DNA of 32,357 bases, taken from the IMG/VR virus record IMGVR_UViG_2675903665_000002, one strand, 5' to 3'. Source of the DNA: a virus. Taxonomy: Duplodnaviria > Heunggongvirae > Uroviricota > Caudoviricetes. Of this stretch, positions 7,833-18,742 are shown piece after piece (positions within the stretch are counted from its first letter, which is position 1; each line of letters starts with the position of its first letter). Below the pieces are notes generated by a model. It was not told the origin of the DNA. It made no database searches and saw only the letters and a program-made list of their open reading frames with translations. The position numbers were made by a program, and so were the translations under genes.

Positions 7833-8390
7833 CATTGATATATGATTCATAAAGTAGCTTAAAGATTTACTTCCCAGAAAAGAAATTTCTTTTCCTGGAT
7901 ATGTCGCAATAATTGAGCATGACTTATCCCCGTTAGAGGTAACAAATCCTGAATAACCTACTTGTTCTTTACCATTTTGTTGCTTGGCTAAAAAGTAGAG
8001 GTAGCTTATCTTTTTGCCCTCTGGGTAAAACTCTGCCAAACCAGTATCGGTGATTGAATATTTTATTCTCCCGCCTTGAGTAACGTTTTCCATCTCAAGT
8101 TTAGCTATGTCTTTTCTGTTGTATTCAGCATTGATTTTCCTTTCGAAATCAATGTTGTTTTCAAATGAGTAGGAAGCAACAGTCTGAATAGATGGGAACA
8201 CGTTTATCTGGATGCCTCCACAGTCGGCACAGGTATAAAGGTATGAATCAGATGGAATCCCCATAAAAGAAAACTGAGTTACCTTAAATTTATCGCTATC
8301 TCCAAAGTATTGAAGTTCGCATTTAACATTTTGCCCTGCAAAAGAAAATGCAGACATCAATATTGAAACAAAAAATATAATTGCCTTCAT
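7830..8390 (-). CDS. Secreted or lipoprotein-like accessory protein (186 aa), AT-rich
   Basis: N-terminal signal peptide MKAIIFFVSILMSAFSFAGQ. Last gene of the - strand operon. Composition differs from the neighbouring structural genes. Confidence 0.6.
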   Translation of the reverse strand: MKAIIFFVSILMSAFSFAGQNVKCELQYFGDSDKFKVTQFSFMGIPSDSYLYTCADCGGIQINVFPSIQTVASYSFENNIDFERKINAEYNRKDIAKLEMENVTQGGRIKYSITDTGLAEFYPEGKKISYLYFLAKQQNGKEQVGYSGFVTSNGDKSCSIIATYPGKEISFLGSKSLSYFMNHISM

Positions 8391-8392
8391 TA

Positions 8393-10945
8393 TTATTTAC
8401 CTAGCATGAACTGCGATGGTGGGATCAGAAAGTCGTTACCCTGCTCACGCTCAACACGGCGCTGATAACGCTCAAGAGAGCCTGGGTCAAGGGCATCTTG
8501 TATCCGGTTCAATATTAAACCATTCATCGCCGTACGAAGCCAGAACACGTTGAGGAATGGCGTATTGTCAAGTGCCGTGCGATACCAGTCACCCAAATCT
8601 GCATCCCCTCTCGTGGTCTGCTGGAGCAGCGTGATAATGCTGTCAGCGTTCGATGCTGCTGGCCCCATTAGCGACGTAACCGGCCCGGCCCCCATGCGGT
8701 TGACCTCGCCAAACATGAAGTCACCCAAGATGCCAAGACCGCCCCCCTGAGATGCGGCTGCGAGAAACGTCTTGGCATCTGCCGGGCGTGGTGTTTGCCC
8801 TTTCAGCATGAGTTTTGACTGCATGGAGATATAACCAAACATAGTCGCCCAGACAAAGAGGTTTGCAGCACCAAGGAAAGCCCCCTTCCCGTTACGTAGC
8901 AGCGCATTCGTCAGCGATCCGGTTTTCGACTCACCAAGCCCAGCAGGAATATAACCACGCCCGAATACTTCGCGTCCTAGTACGTTCTGCATGAAGCTTG
9001 CAGTGAACGATTTGTACTGACCAGCGAATCGTATTGCTTCCCCAGCCACCGTTCCTGGCACCGTGCCCATCTTCATAAACGCCTGCGTGCGATCGCCAGG
9101 CTCTGACATGGCGATATTCAGGCGGTCAAGGATGTAGCCGCGCAACTGCCCTTCCAATTGATCGCGTGCGTCAGCGATAGCGCGCTGCGTTGGTTTGATC
9201 CCCTTACTCTCTACATAACCGGCAATCACTTCGTCAGGCACGCCGCGGATGCCGCTGGTCGTCATGAACTTACGACCTTCGCTATCGGCCATGTCCATGT
9301 TGCGAAAAATTTCCCACTCACGTTCGCCAATACCGTGCAGATCCAGCACGCGTCGCAGGTCTTCCGGTAGCCGCGCATGAGACTGGTCAGCATTCTTTGC
9401 AAGCCAGTTGGTTATCATCATGGCGTTGCTGTTGCGACCGCTCTCGGTCCAGAAGTTCATGAGGTTGTACTTAAAGAAAAGCTGCTGCGCGCGACCAAGC
9501 TTTCCATTCAGCGTGTCATCACCAGATATGCGCCGGATGATTTCCTGCGTCATGGAGTCGGAATAAACTCCGATAGAGGAAAGGATCTCTTTCTGCTCCG
9601 CGCTGTTGTAACGCGTGAAGCGGCCTCTCATAGCACCAAGCAACGCCTGCATAAAATTCTGCCCTTGGTAGCGCATCTCGGTAGCGGCGATAGGCACGTC
9701 GTTAAACGATGAGATTACCGCGCCACCAAGTTGGCTCATACGCAACCAGCCGCGTACAGCCGCCGACGCATTGGCCCAGCCTACGCTGCCAGGAATATTT
9801 AGCGAGCCGTCAACCTGCGGCATTACGGTACGGTTAATGCGACGCACCTTCGTCATGTAGTCAGCCAACGCTGCCGGTCTTCCGGATTTGCTGATATCTT
9901 CAGCAATGGCGTCCGTCAGGTACTTAAACATGTTCTGTGGGTTAGTGCCCAGTACGCGCATCATGCCCGTTGTGCGGGCAGCGCTGTTTAAGCCACCAAA
10001 CAGCGCTTCTCGCAGGCTGCCGGTGCCGAATTGCTGGTTGTACTCGTGCCACGAGATACCATCTTTGAAGTGCAAAATTCGCTCTTGGCTGGCGCGTTTA
10101 GCTGCGTTCGCCGATCCCTTAAAGCCATTCATCCAATCGGGCTTTTCAGATGTAAGATGCACGCCGGAAGCCAGCCCGTTATAAATGTTACGCGTGAACT
10201 GCTCGCGGTCAGCCACGCCGTCAAAAGTGCGCTCATCAAGGCGCGGGAGAATAGCATTTCGCCATGCTTCATAACCTGCGGCGCGGATCTTCATGATGTC
10301 GTGTGACTGGCGCACTATATAGCCCGGCTCTTTGCGTATCCATGCCCCGGCGCGGTTCTCATCAATGCGCGCAGTTTCCTGCCATTTCATGATGATTTGT
10401 GCAGCGCTTACGGATTGCTTTGTCATACCGTCAGTTGACTGCCCGCGCCCTATGCGCCACATTGCATCGGCAATTTCCCGGTCATTGCTGCCGCTGGCGA
10501 TGAATTGCACCAGCCCGGCACGGTCAAAATCGTAGTTGATACCGGAATGATACTTGCCGCGCAGTTGCGCCACCTCCGAAGATACCGACCGGCGGGCGCC
10601 GGTACGCGCATCGTTGCGGCCAACCAGCATTGCTTCAAGCCCGATATCCGGGCGGTCTTTCCAGATAGTACGAAGCTCTCTAAGTCGTTGTGCGGCAATA
10701 CGGGCGTTGATTGCCTTATTGCGAGCCTCAATCTGTTTTGCCAGCATATCGGCATTGCTCAGTTCTTCCGCTGCGCGCATCGCGGCCTCTTCCAGAGACA
10801 GCGCCTCATTGGTCGCCAGAATTCGCCTAGTGGTGTCGTTCATGTCACGCACCAGCGACTCCATCTCATCGGAAGAAAGCTCGCGACCAGCGGCAGCATT
10901 TACACTGCGCTCGCACTGCGTCAAAAATTCGTTTGCTGCCATCAC
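8393..10945 (-). CDS. Large internal virion / DNA-ejection protein (850 aa)
   Basis: Position at the end of the internal-core protein block. Start overlaps the upstream stop (ATGA). Confidence 0.55.
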   Translation of the reverse strand: MMAANEFLTQCERSVNAAAGRELSSDEMESLVRDMNDTTRRILATNEALSLEEAAMRAAEELSNADMLAKQIEARNKAINARIAAQRLRELRTIWKDRPDIGLEAMLVGRNDARTGARRSVSSEVAQLRGKYHSGINYDFDRAGLVQFIASGSNDREIADAMWRIGRGQSTDGMTKQSVSAAQIIMKWQETARIDENRAGAWIRKEPGYIVRQSHDIMKIRAAGYEAWRNAILPRLDERTFDGVADREQFTRNIYNGLASGVHLTSEKPDWMNGFKGSANAAKRASQERILHFKDGISWHEYNQQFGTGSLREALFGGLNSAARTTGMMRVLGTNPQNMFKYLTDAIAEDISKSGRPAALADYMTKVRRINRTVMPQVDGSLNIPGSVGWANASAAVRGWLRMSQLGGAVISSFNDVPIAATEMRYQGQNFMQALLGAMRGRFTRYNSAEQKEILSSIGVYSDSMTQEIIRRISGDDTLNGKLGRAQQLFFKYNLMNFWTESGRNSNAMMITNWLAKNADQSHARLPEDLRRVLDLHGIGEREWEIFRNMDMADSEGRKFMTTSGIRGVPDEVIAGYVESKGIKPTQRAIADARDQLEGQLRGYILDRLNIAMSEPGDRTQAFMKMGTVPGTVAGEAIRFAGQYKSFTASFMQNVLGREVFGRGYIPAGLGESKTGSLTNALLRNGKGAFLGAANLFVWATMFGYISMQSKLMLKGQTPRPADAKTFLAAASQGGGLGILGDFMFGEVNRMGAGPVTSLMGPAASNADSIITLLQQTTRGDADLGDWYRTALDNTPFLNVFWLRTAMNGLILNRIQDALDPGSLERYQRRVEREQGNDFLIPPSQFMLGK

Positions 10946-12639
10946 ATCCCCCGGTTAATCATACAGGCGGCAAATGCCCGGAAAGCGTTGCTCATGCTAT
11001 TGTCGCTGGCGTCGGCACGAATATCATTGAGTTTCTGGCGCAACGTGGTCGCAAGATCAGGGTTATCGACAGCGATATCGTCAAGCAGGGCGTTACTCAG
11101 GTTGAGCTCGTTATCAAGGTCTGCAGCGGCAGCGGTAATTTCATGATCTGCCTTTTGCGTTTCTTGATAAACCCGATCGGCTGTTTCGCTTGCTGGGCGA
11201 GCCGTTTCATCAACCTGCCGTGCCGGGTTCTGTATGCGATGGATGGCGCGTTCACGCAGTGCCGGTTTGTGCAGTTCATAGAAGGGCTCAACATCTGGGC
11301 TACGTCCTTCCATCATGTGTGCCAGCGCAGCGCGATACGCCTGCTGGTTCACGTTCCAGTCAGCATCCCTGATGGCGCTTGCGGCAGTGCGAACTGCGCC
11401 AGCGACCGGCGACATCTGCATGCCGTCCAGGATCTGCTGCGCACGCTCGGAAATGGTGACTTTCAGGTCGTCTGGGATCTCACCGCGGGAAATCTGAGAC
11501 TGGCGCCAGCGCGCCTGCTCTGCTGTCGCGTTCTGCTCCAGCGATGTGTTGATCTCCTGATTGCGTGCAGCGATGGCGTCTTTCTCGGCCTGAATCTCTT
11601 TCAGTGCCCTAGAGCGCGCATCCTTAAACTTCATCCGCTGCCCCTGATACTTTTTGGTGCGCTGCTGCAGCGTCGCATCAAGCGAGTCAGCATGACGTTG
11701 ATTAGCCGCAAGCTCGGCACGCAGGTCGGCAACGTTACCGATCTGACCGCTCTGTAATTCCTGCTGGCGCGCCATATAGTCAGGAACCACGTCGTCATAA
11801 GCCCGGCTGTATGCGTAGCTCTCCGCTTCACTGGAAATGGCCGCCGCCAGATCTGCGTTAGCGCCAACCTCAGGGATATTCACGCCCGCCGGAATGTTGT
11901 CAGGCGTTATCACCGGGGTTGGCTGCGCATCGCCAGAAAACGCCGGGGACTCTCCCGTTGCAGCATCGGGAACGCGACGCGGTCGCACGATATCGGCGAT
12001 AAGGCCGCCGCCGGCATGCATTAGACCGCCAGCCATCGTGTTAAAGAAAGTACTTTCCAACGCGTTGCTATAGGTGAAGTCGTCACCTTCCGCCGCCGCT
12101 GCCAGCCCGGTAAGCGGCACGGTCACCACCGCCTGCGCTGCCCCCATGCGTGCACCAGCAACAAATCGCTCGCCAAATCGGCCAAGCACAGAAGCCGCCT
12201 TTGCTTCTCCAGCGAACGGAACCAGCGCCAGCGCCACGTTACCAGGATCTGCCATTGAACCAGCTAGGCTGGCTGCGAAATTAAGCGGCGTGGCTACCCA
12301 TCCGCTCGGTGCCGACATCGCGATCTGCTGGCGTGCCAGAGAATCTTTGCGTTCGGCAATAACATGATCGAGAAAAGCCTGCGTAACGCCAGAATCTGGC
12401 ACGTTTATGCTCTTTACGCCGTACTGCTTCAGGAGCTCATCCGCTTCCTGCTTACTGATAACTGTAGAGTTTGGGTCATTCGCCAGCGAGTCGGCCTGCG
12501 CAAAGCGGTAGCCGGACATGACCGGCCCCTCTTCAAATCCCTGCTTAAGGGAAGAAAGCAGCGATTCGCCAAGCCCTGCTGGCGCGTTGCCAATTGGCTG
12601 GTTAATTCCCTGTCCCGGATCATCTGTGTAAATTGGCAT
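10942..12639 (-). CDS. Internal virion protein (565 aa), Ala-rich with coiled-coil-like regions
   Basis: Synteny within the core-protein block; low-complexity Ala-rich composition. Confidence 0.5.
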   Translation of the reverse strand: MPIYTDDPGQGINQPIGNAPAGLGESLLSSLKQGFEEGPVMSGYRFAQADSLANDPNSTVISKQEADELLKQYGVKSINVPDSGVTQAFLDHVIAERKDSLARQQIAMSAPSGWVATPLNFAASLAGSMADPGNVALALVPFAGEAKAASVLGRFGERFVAGARMGAAQAVVTVPLTGLAAAAEGDDFTYSNALESTFFNTMAGGLMHAGGGLIADIVRPRRVPDAATGESPAFSGDAQPTPVITPDNIPAGVNIPEVGANADLAAAISSEAESYAYSRAYDDVVPDYMARQQELQSGQIGNVADLRAELAANQRHADSLDATLQQRTKKYQGQRMKFKDARSRALKEIQAEKDAIAARNQEINTSLEQNATAEQARWRQSQISRGEIPDDLKVTISERAQQILDGMQMSPVAGAVRTAASAIRDADWNVNQQAYRAALAHMMEGRSPDVEPFYELHKPALRERAIHRIQNPARQVDETARPASETADRVYQETQKADHEITAAAADLDNELNLSNALLDDIAVDNPDLATTLRQKLNDIRADASDNSMSNAFRAFAACMINRGM

Positions 12640-12640
12640 G

Positions 12641-15262
12641 TTATCGTCCTGATTGCTGGCCGTTCTGGAAAATGTTAATCAGGTTGTCGCGCTGACTTTC
12701 TGCGCTGTATTCCTTAGACTGTCCGGGAGTATATTTCACCGGAGTATCAATGAACTTGGTAATGCTGTTCCATACTGATCGGTTGGTTGTTCCCAGTTTC
12801 GCCAGATCGTTGAACGGCACCGTAATCGGGTTGCCGTCGGCACCGTTGACGATCAGCCCGTTGAGCATCAGGGTAAGTCCTGTTTCGTCGCTGTTGGTAA
12901 CCCACTGCGCATTATCACGAATGCGGGAGATACTCTGCTCACGGTTGACCTCATCAGGTAGCCTTGGGTCACCAATAAGCGGCATAATCTGATCTGCTGA
13001 CAGGTTTTTCAGATACGCATTGGCACCATCGTTAACGTCACGAATATCTATCCCTGCACGATTAGGTAGCCGCCAAGTGCCATTGGTCTGGTACTGCTCG
13101 CCGAGGATGTCCTGATACGCCTGTTTTGCTGCATCAGACGCCGACATTCCGCGCTGCATGTTGATGTAAGTAAGTCGTTTTCCCTGCTCGTTGAAGTTAT
13201 TCCACACGGCAGTGCCACCAGGCTGAACAACCATCGTGCCAGCAAAATCTTTCGATTGGTCATTCCATGACGAGTCGGCGCTATCCGCGTCGGTTTTCTC
13301 AAGACTGCCGCGTAAGTCAGCAGTTTTAACGCTACGGTTTTGCCAGAGCGCATTTGCCGCGCGCGGGTTCTCGGTAGCCATGACAACCTGCAACGCAGGA
13401 TAAGCGCTCTTCTGAACCTGCTGCATCACCTGATCCGAGTATTTGCCGAACGACTGCGCCACCGACTGAATGGCCTTAACGCTAGATTCCTGCGTGTTGT
13501 CAATACGCTGCAGTACATCATTGACCATGGACTCCGGTAAAACTTTTTTGCTCATTATCCCCAGGCGGTCTTTTTCAGACTGTATGCGGGAAACTAGGTA
13601 TTCACCAGATGAAGGGTCATTCAGGTACTGCTGGAATGCAGCCTGCACAACCGGAGAGTTTTGTTGCAGCCATGCCCCCGGATCCGCTTCCCGCGCCTTC
13701 AGTACCTGCCCAAGCTTGACCTTTGCCGATGCATAAAGCTCTGCTTTGTATTTAAAGTCAGGGTCGTTTTCCTGCGGTGCCATTGCCTGCACGGCGGCGG
13801 TACCCTGCTGGACGTTGCCCTGCATAATGGTCTGATAAACAGGTTGTAGCGTCATTGCCTGCTGGTATTGCTGGAAGGTTTTTTCCATCTGCAGGCGCTC
13901 GGCAGGCGCTGCCTGAAGCGGCATAACGGCGGCCCATTCGTGCGCTGAAATAGGCGTCACCTGCTTACCGGCCTCAATTTTGGATAGGTCGTCCTGCATT
14001 CGACTCTGTAGCGCAACGCGACCGGCTGAAGCCTGCATGTCGTACATGCCAGCAACCTTGCTCATCATCTGCGACTTTTTGTCCGGACTCATGGCGTTCC
14101 AGAATGGCTGTGCGATGAGGTTTTCCATCGTCGCAGATCCAGGAATAGCTCCAGCACTGCCAGTTACTTTTGCCACATAATTGCGCGTCTCGTCGTATGG
14201 GATAGCTGCGGCAAACTGGGCGTTACTGACTTCGCCTGTGCGCGGATCGCCAATCTGTTTAATCCAGCCGTCAACCTTTCCTGGGCCAGCGTTATAGGCA
14301 GCTACTGCCAGAACCGGGTTATTGTCGTATTTCTTCATCTGCGCGCCGAAATAAGCTTGCCCCAAGCGGGCATTATAGCGCGGGTCATTCAACCATTTAT
14401 CGCGGTCCCACGGCACGCCAGCAAGGCGGGCAGCTTCGGGGCCAGTATCTTCCGTCACCTGCGCTACGCCAACAGCGCCTTTTGGCGACACCAGAGGTGT
14501 TCCGTCCTTTCCGTACTGATTTCCGCCACTCTCCTGCCAGATTATTGCAGAGAATAACTGCGCCTCACTCGGTGTATCGGTTACCTCAATCTTGCCGTTC
14601 GGACCCATCATCTGTTGATACATCGGCACATACCACGCCTCCGCCGCACCGTTCGCGGCATTCTCGCGCCACGAAACCCAGTTCTGTTCGATCTCTTCCT
14701 GACTCTGGCCGTGGGCTTCGCCGTAAGCGATGATGCTATGATATGCCTTCAATCCTGCCTGGTTTGCCATTGTCGGGTTACGGAACTGCATCGATAGGTT
14801 TTTTAGTGTCGCATCCTGCATATCCGCCTCATACTGGCGAACCTGTCCTATTTCGTACCTCCCGGCCTGCGTAGTGAACTGAATGCGCTGCTGCTGCGCC
14901 TGCTGCATGAAAGCATTACGAGCCTGTTCATCCGGCAGCGACATAGCCAGTTGTTCGACCTGAGCATCAAACTGCTGCGTATACTCCTGACCTTTTCCAA
15001 TAGCATTTTTCCCTTTCAGGTTAAGCAATCCTGTTTCAGGATTATTCAGCAGATCACTGCTTATCTGACTGAGGTTAAGAGATGCCTCCTGAGCCAGAGC
15101 GATATTGGCACGCTGTTTTGCCTGACCAAAAACATCAATTGCCTCTGTCCCTGCCCGAACAAAAGCATCACCAATACCTGGCTGAGAAAACGTCTGCAAG
15201 CCTGCTGACTGAACTCCACGGCTCTGAACCTGACGGCCGGATACTGTTGGTACGACTGGCAT
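12641..15262 (-). CDS. Internal virion protein with lytic transglycosylase (SLT) domain
   Basis: Motif SAIIWQESGGNQ...AYNAGPGKV typical of soluble lytic transglycosylases. Start adjusted to ATG at 15262 (GGAGG SD, MPVVPTV...) rather than the ORF-track start at 15337. Confidence 0.7.
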   Translation of the reverse strand: MPVVPTVSGRQVQSRGVQSAGLQTFSQPGIGDAFVRAGTEAIDVFGQAKQRANIALAQEASLNLSQISSDLLNNPETGLLNLKGKNAIGKGQEYTQQFDAQVEQLAMSLPDEQARNAFMQQAQQQRIQFTTQAGRYEIGQVRQYEADMQDATLKNLSMQFRNPTMANQAGLKAYHSIIAYGEAHGQSQEEIEQNWVSWRENAANGAAEAWYVPMYQQMMGPNGKIEVTDTPSEAQLFSAIIWQESGGNQYGKDGTPLVSPKGAVGVAQVTEDTGPEAARLAGVPWDRDKWLNDPRYNARLGQAYFGAQMKKYDNNPVLAVAAYNAGPGKVDGWIKQIGDPRTGEVSNAQFAAAIPYDETRNYVAKVTGSAGAIPGSATMENLIAQPFWNAMSPDKKSQMMSKVAGMYDMQASAGRVALQSRMQDDLSKIEAGKQVTPISAHEWAAVMPLQAAPAERLQMEKTFQQYQQAMTLQPVYQTIMQGNVQQGTAAVQAMAPQENDPDFKYKAELYASAKVKLGQVLKAREADPGAWLQQNSPVVQAAFQQYLNDPSSGEYLVSRIQSEKDRLGIMSKKVLPESMVNDVLQRIDNTQESSVKAIQSVAQSFGKYSDQVMQQVQKSAYPALQVVMATENPRAANALWQNRSVKTADLRGSLEKTDADSADSSWNDQSKDFAGTMVVQPGGTAVWNNFNEQGKRLTYINMQRGMSASDAAKQAYQDILGEQYQTNGTWRLPNRAGIDIRDVNDGANAYLKNLSADQIMPLIGDPRLPDEVNREQSISRIRDNAQWVTNSDETGLTLMLNGLIVNGADGNPITVPFNDLAKLGTTNRSVWNSITKFIDTPVKYTPGQSKEYSAESQRDNLINIFQNGQQSGR

Positions 15263-15807
15263 TATAATCCTCCGGGTAATCTGGTTCCTGCTGCTGCCCC
15301 GATTGGCGCAGGGGTGCTTTGAGTAAACGGACTCCACGTCCCACCAAACATCTGGTACGCACCGTATGCCTTCAGAGGCGCAGTGAGCAATGTTGTTGCT
15401 GCTCCCACATTCCCCTGTTTACGGGCTGAACTGGCTTCTGCTTTATAGTTGGCAGCCTGAACCTGATAACCGTAAGCCTCGCGTTGCGCGTTATTCACCG
15501 TCGTCAGAGAATCAAGAGCGCCAAACTGGGCAGTGTCGCCAAATATATCCAGCGCGTTACCTGTAGATAAATCAGCGCCGGTAGCCCCCATTGTCGCCGC
15601 CTGTGTACCAAGCCGCTGTCGGGTCTCTCTGCGCCGTTGCTCAGCTTCAGCGTTACCTCTGTTTATTGCATCATTTGCCTGAGCTGTGGCTATATCTGCG
15701 TTCGCTTCTGCAACCTTCGAGGCATACTTTCCCTGTTGGTACTGGGTGTATGCCTGAATGCCACTCATGGCGAGCATTGCGCCACCAGCAATAACCGGAT
15801 CGCACAT
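15262..15807 (-). CDS. Small internal virion protein (181 aa), hydrophobic N-terminus
   Basis: Position between the tail-tubular-like genes and the large core proteins, analogous to T7 gp14-type proteins. Confidence 0.45.
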   Translation of the reverse strand: MCDPVIAGGAMLAMSGIQAYTQYQQGKYASKVAEANADIATAQANDAINRGNAEAEQRRRETRQRLGTQAATMGATGADLSTGNALDIFGDTAQFGALDSLTTVNNAQREAYGYQVQAANYKAEASSARKQGNVGAATTLLTAPLKAYGAYQMFGGTWSPFTQSTPAPIGAAAGTRLPGGL

Positions 15808-16271
15808 TATTTTCTCTCCATGTGAAATCTGTGGAAATTAAGACCAAGAGCACCATAAGGCGCGGCTTCTTCAAGCCTGAATCCAAGCCAGTGCAGCCAT
15901 GCTTTGGCAACATGGTTTCGCTCGTCGACGTAGTTTTCCAGGCGCGGATAAACTGCCAGCATCTGCTGCAATACAGGTCGGCAGTGGCGAAGAAATGTCT
16001 TCTGATATTTTTCAATACGGCTGGTTCCGACCAGCCAGGGTGTACCATTGCCACCGATCATTGACGCCGGAGATACACCAAACATGGTTACCAGTTCTCC
16101 GTTCGCGAACCCTGACCAGGCCATAGTCGCAGTGCGAAGACCAACACGCAGCGCATCTTCGGTAGTCATCAGCGATACCGCATACAGTTCGTCAATATCA
16201 GCCTGACGAACATCCGGCAAAATCATCTGAAGATGCTCTTCGGTGGCGGGAATAACTCGAACATCGATCAT
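15807..16271 (-). CDS. Hypothetical virion-associated protein (154 aa)
   Basis: Synteny only, at a gp13-like position. Confidence 0.4.
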   Translation of the reverse strand: MIDVRVIPATEEHLQMILPDVRQADIDELYAVSLMTTEDALRVGLRTATMAWSGFANGELVTMFGVSPASMIGGNGTPWLVGTSRIEKYQKTFLRHCRPVLQQMLAVYPRLENYVDERNHVAKAWLHWLGFRLEEAAPYGALGLNFHRFHMERK

Positions 16272-18742
16272 CAGAATCCCCCAACAGTAAGACGAGGAAT
16301 AACGGCAAGAACAGACAGCGGCAACGGATCAAGCTGACGGATTTTTACACGTCCGTTTTTGCCCCAGTTACTGTCCAGTTTCACTTCTACTTTTCCGGTA
16401 GCATCATCAACAGGATCATCGTAGAACTCGAATTCACGCTGTGGATATTCGTACCATTTACCGCCGGGCGTAGTCGCCCAGATGCCGCGACTGGCATTCA
16501 CAACCAGAGTAACGGAGGGGATCACCTGTTTTTTGTCCAGCAGCGTTTCCTGTCCGTTAATGTTGATATCCAGTGTTTCGAATTCAGCAGTTATTGGCAG
16601 GCCGATGTGCACAACAGCCCCCGGAGATTCCAGCGTGACGGCACCTCCGGAAACAACTTTCTGTGGTTCCACGTTCGCATCAGAGAGAATGTTTACGGTC
16701 TGGCCTTCAAGATGAGACAGGCCTCCAAATGTCCGGCGCGCCATCTGCCAGTTCGTGGTGGCCACATTCCTGAGGGGTGGCGGGACGTTCCTGTTAGCAC
16801 GAACCACTACAGCGGTATTGCTGGTTACAGAAATGATGTCGCAACGTAATTCTTTTGACACTTCATCGCCAGTATCATGATCAATTCCGGTATAAGGGAA
16901 CTGTAGTTGGGCACCGATATCACTACTGGTGAAGTACGCACCACCAGAAACACTGATTGTATATTCCTCGCGGTAATCCCATTCGCCAGAACCACCAGTG
17001 ATGATCATCGTTCTGTCAGACGTATTTCTTCCATCATAGCTAAGGCCAGAATCAACAAAGAAAGCATCTTCATCGCTGGTAAATAAACGGCTGGACAGTC
17101 GCTCGATGTATCTCACTGTTTGCCCGTTAACGGTTCGGTTAACGACGAAATACACCGCATCTTCATTTCCTTCGCTGATACTGCATGTGCTTTCATATTT
17201 TCCGGTACTGGATTGTGGTGCCCATGCAAAAACCTGCTGATCACGCAAATAGGTCATCACCAGTAATTTACCGTCATCACGAATGCAGAAGGCGCTGGAG
17301 TAAGGGACAATAGAGAAGCACCAGTCAACAATGCTGTGCTTCTGAAAAAGATGATTGGCAAGGATGGTCAGGTCGTTCCCCTGATAGCCGTCAACATCAA
17401 ATGAGTAGGCCAGATCACGGACAACGCTGCCTTTCTCCTGGACGAACAGAGCAATATTCGCCACGGCAATTGGCGGGACGTTGCTTGAGCCATTTGATCC
17501 CTGAGAGCTGAATGCAAATGATGATGGGGTTAACACTTTGTTCTGGTCGCCGGTGATGACGTACTCACCTCCGGAAGTCAGCGCCACCAGAGAACCAACA
17601 TCAATCAGGTGGCGGATCTCATTAACCTGACGCCCGGCATAGGTGTAGATAATTCTGTCGTCATCCTGCGTAGGATTGCTTTTGCCAAAATCCTTATAAT
17701 CCCCGGTACGGCTGGCCCAGATAGTCTGAGGGAACGCAGTCGATGCGGCGAAGTAAAGACGTTGTTGATAATAAACAACAGTGCCAGGATAACCATTAAC
17801 ACTGTTCCAGGCATATTTAGCCCATTTATAGCTGGCATTATCCTCGCCAACTACCTGCGAAGGGATATAGGAAATCACCTCGGCAGTTGCAGTAGTTCCA
17901 TTTGCAGCAGAGATACGGGCAATGCCAAAACCACTGTGCAGATACTCCCACTCAATGCCGGTATCATCATCACCGGATCCGCCCCAGCCATCCCATGATG
18001 TGCCTTCTGTATGCGAAGGGCGCAAAGTGCCTGTTTTGCCTACTGTAACGGCGCGATAGTAGTTACTGTCTGCACGGCGAATATCGCCAATTGACGTACT
18101 CTTACTGGTTTCCCATACCGGCACAGAATCCACTGCAGGCTGTTCCAGATAGAACAATTTGCCTACCTGCTCCGCGCCAAAAATAGAGGCGCTTGCCGTT
18201 AACGTAATTGTCCCGGTGCTGGCGCTGGCATAAACCGTCACTGACTCGTCAATATTGATATCTTCAAATGGCCCGTTCTTCGTTACCACATCAACCAGTT
18301 GCCAGTTGTCATGCGCATAGCGACGCAACTCTTTCGGCGGGTATGCCGGATGAACAAGCGTAAGCACGTCGGCGCTTTGCGTGAATTTAATTCGGAACAG
18401 ATCGGCTTCAGTATATGGCGTGGAAATTTCATAAATAACATTGCTGCTGTTCAGCACCAACGCACCATCTTTGATAACGCGCATGTACTGGTGTCCGAAC
18501 TCCAGAGCATAAGTCTGAACCGTCGAGAACTGGAACGGGATCAGGCGGCATTTCCGATTTGGGTATTTGGCGGCACCGACAAAACGCGTACCAGGTCGAT
18601 TCTCAACTCCGCCATACTGCCGCACGATAAAGTTATCGCACTTGCGCAATGCCACCTGGTACTTCGCCATGTCAATACGACCGTACAACGACGGTCCAAT
18701 CTCACCACCGGCAAAGCTGGGCTGGATCCAACTGATAGCCAT
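16271..18742 (-). CDS. Tail tubular protein B-like (nozzle), 823 aa
   Basis: Size and position immediately after a roughly 200-aa tail-tubular-A-like gene, as in T7-like gp11/gp12 modules. Direct similarity not verified. Confidence 0.55.
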   Translation of the reverse strand: MAISWIQPSFAGGEIGPSLYGRIDMAKYQVALRKCDNFIVRQYGGVENRPGTRFVGAAKYPNRKCRLIPFQFSTVQTYALEFGHQYMRVIKDGALVLNSSNVIYEISTPYTEADLFRIKFTQSADVLTLVHPAYPPKELRRYAHDNWQLVDVVTKNGPFEDINIDESVTVYASASTGTITLTASASIFGAEQVGKLFYLEQPAVDSVPVWETSKSTSIGDIRRADSNYYRAVTVGKTGTLRPSHTEGTSWDGWGGSGDDDTGIEWEYLHSGFGIARISAANGTTATAEVISYIPSQVVGEDNASYKWAKYAWNSVNGYPGTVVYYQQRLYFAASTAFPQTIWASRTGDYKDFGKSNPTQDDDRIIYTYAGRQVNEIRHLIDVGSLVALTSGGEYVITGDQNKVLTPSSFAFSSQGSNGSSNVPPIAVANIALFVQEKGSVVRDLAYSFDVDGYQGNDLTILANHLFQKHSIVDWCFSIVPYSSAFCIRDDGKLLVMTYLRDQQVFAWAPQSSTGKYESTCSISEGNEDAVYFVVNRTVNGQTVRYIERLSSRLFTSDEDAFFVDSGLSYDGRNTSDRTMIITGGSGEWDYREEYTISVSGGAYFTSSDIGAQLQFPYTGIDHDTGDEVSKELRCDIISVTSNTAVVVRANRNVPPPLRNVATTNWQMARRTFGGLSHLEGQTVNILSDANVEPQKVVSGGAVTLESPGAVVHIGLPITAEFETLDININGQETLLDKKQVIPSVTLVVNASRGIWATTPGGKWYEYPQREFEFYDDPVDDATGKVEVKLDSNWGKNGRVKIRQLDPLPLSVLAVIPRLTVGGF

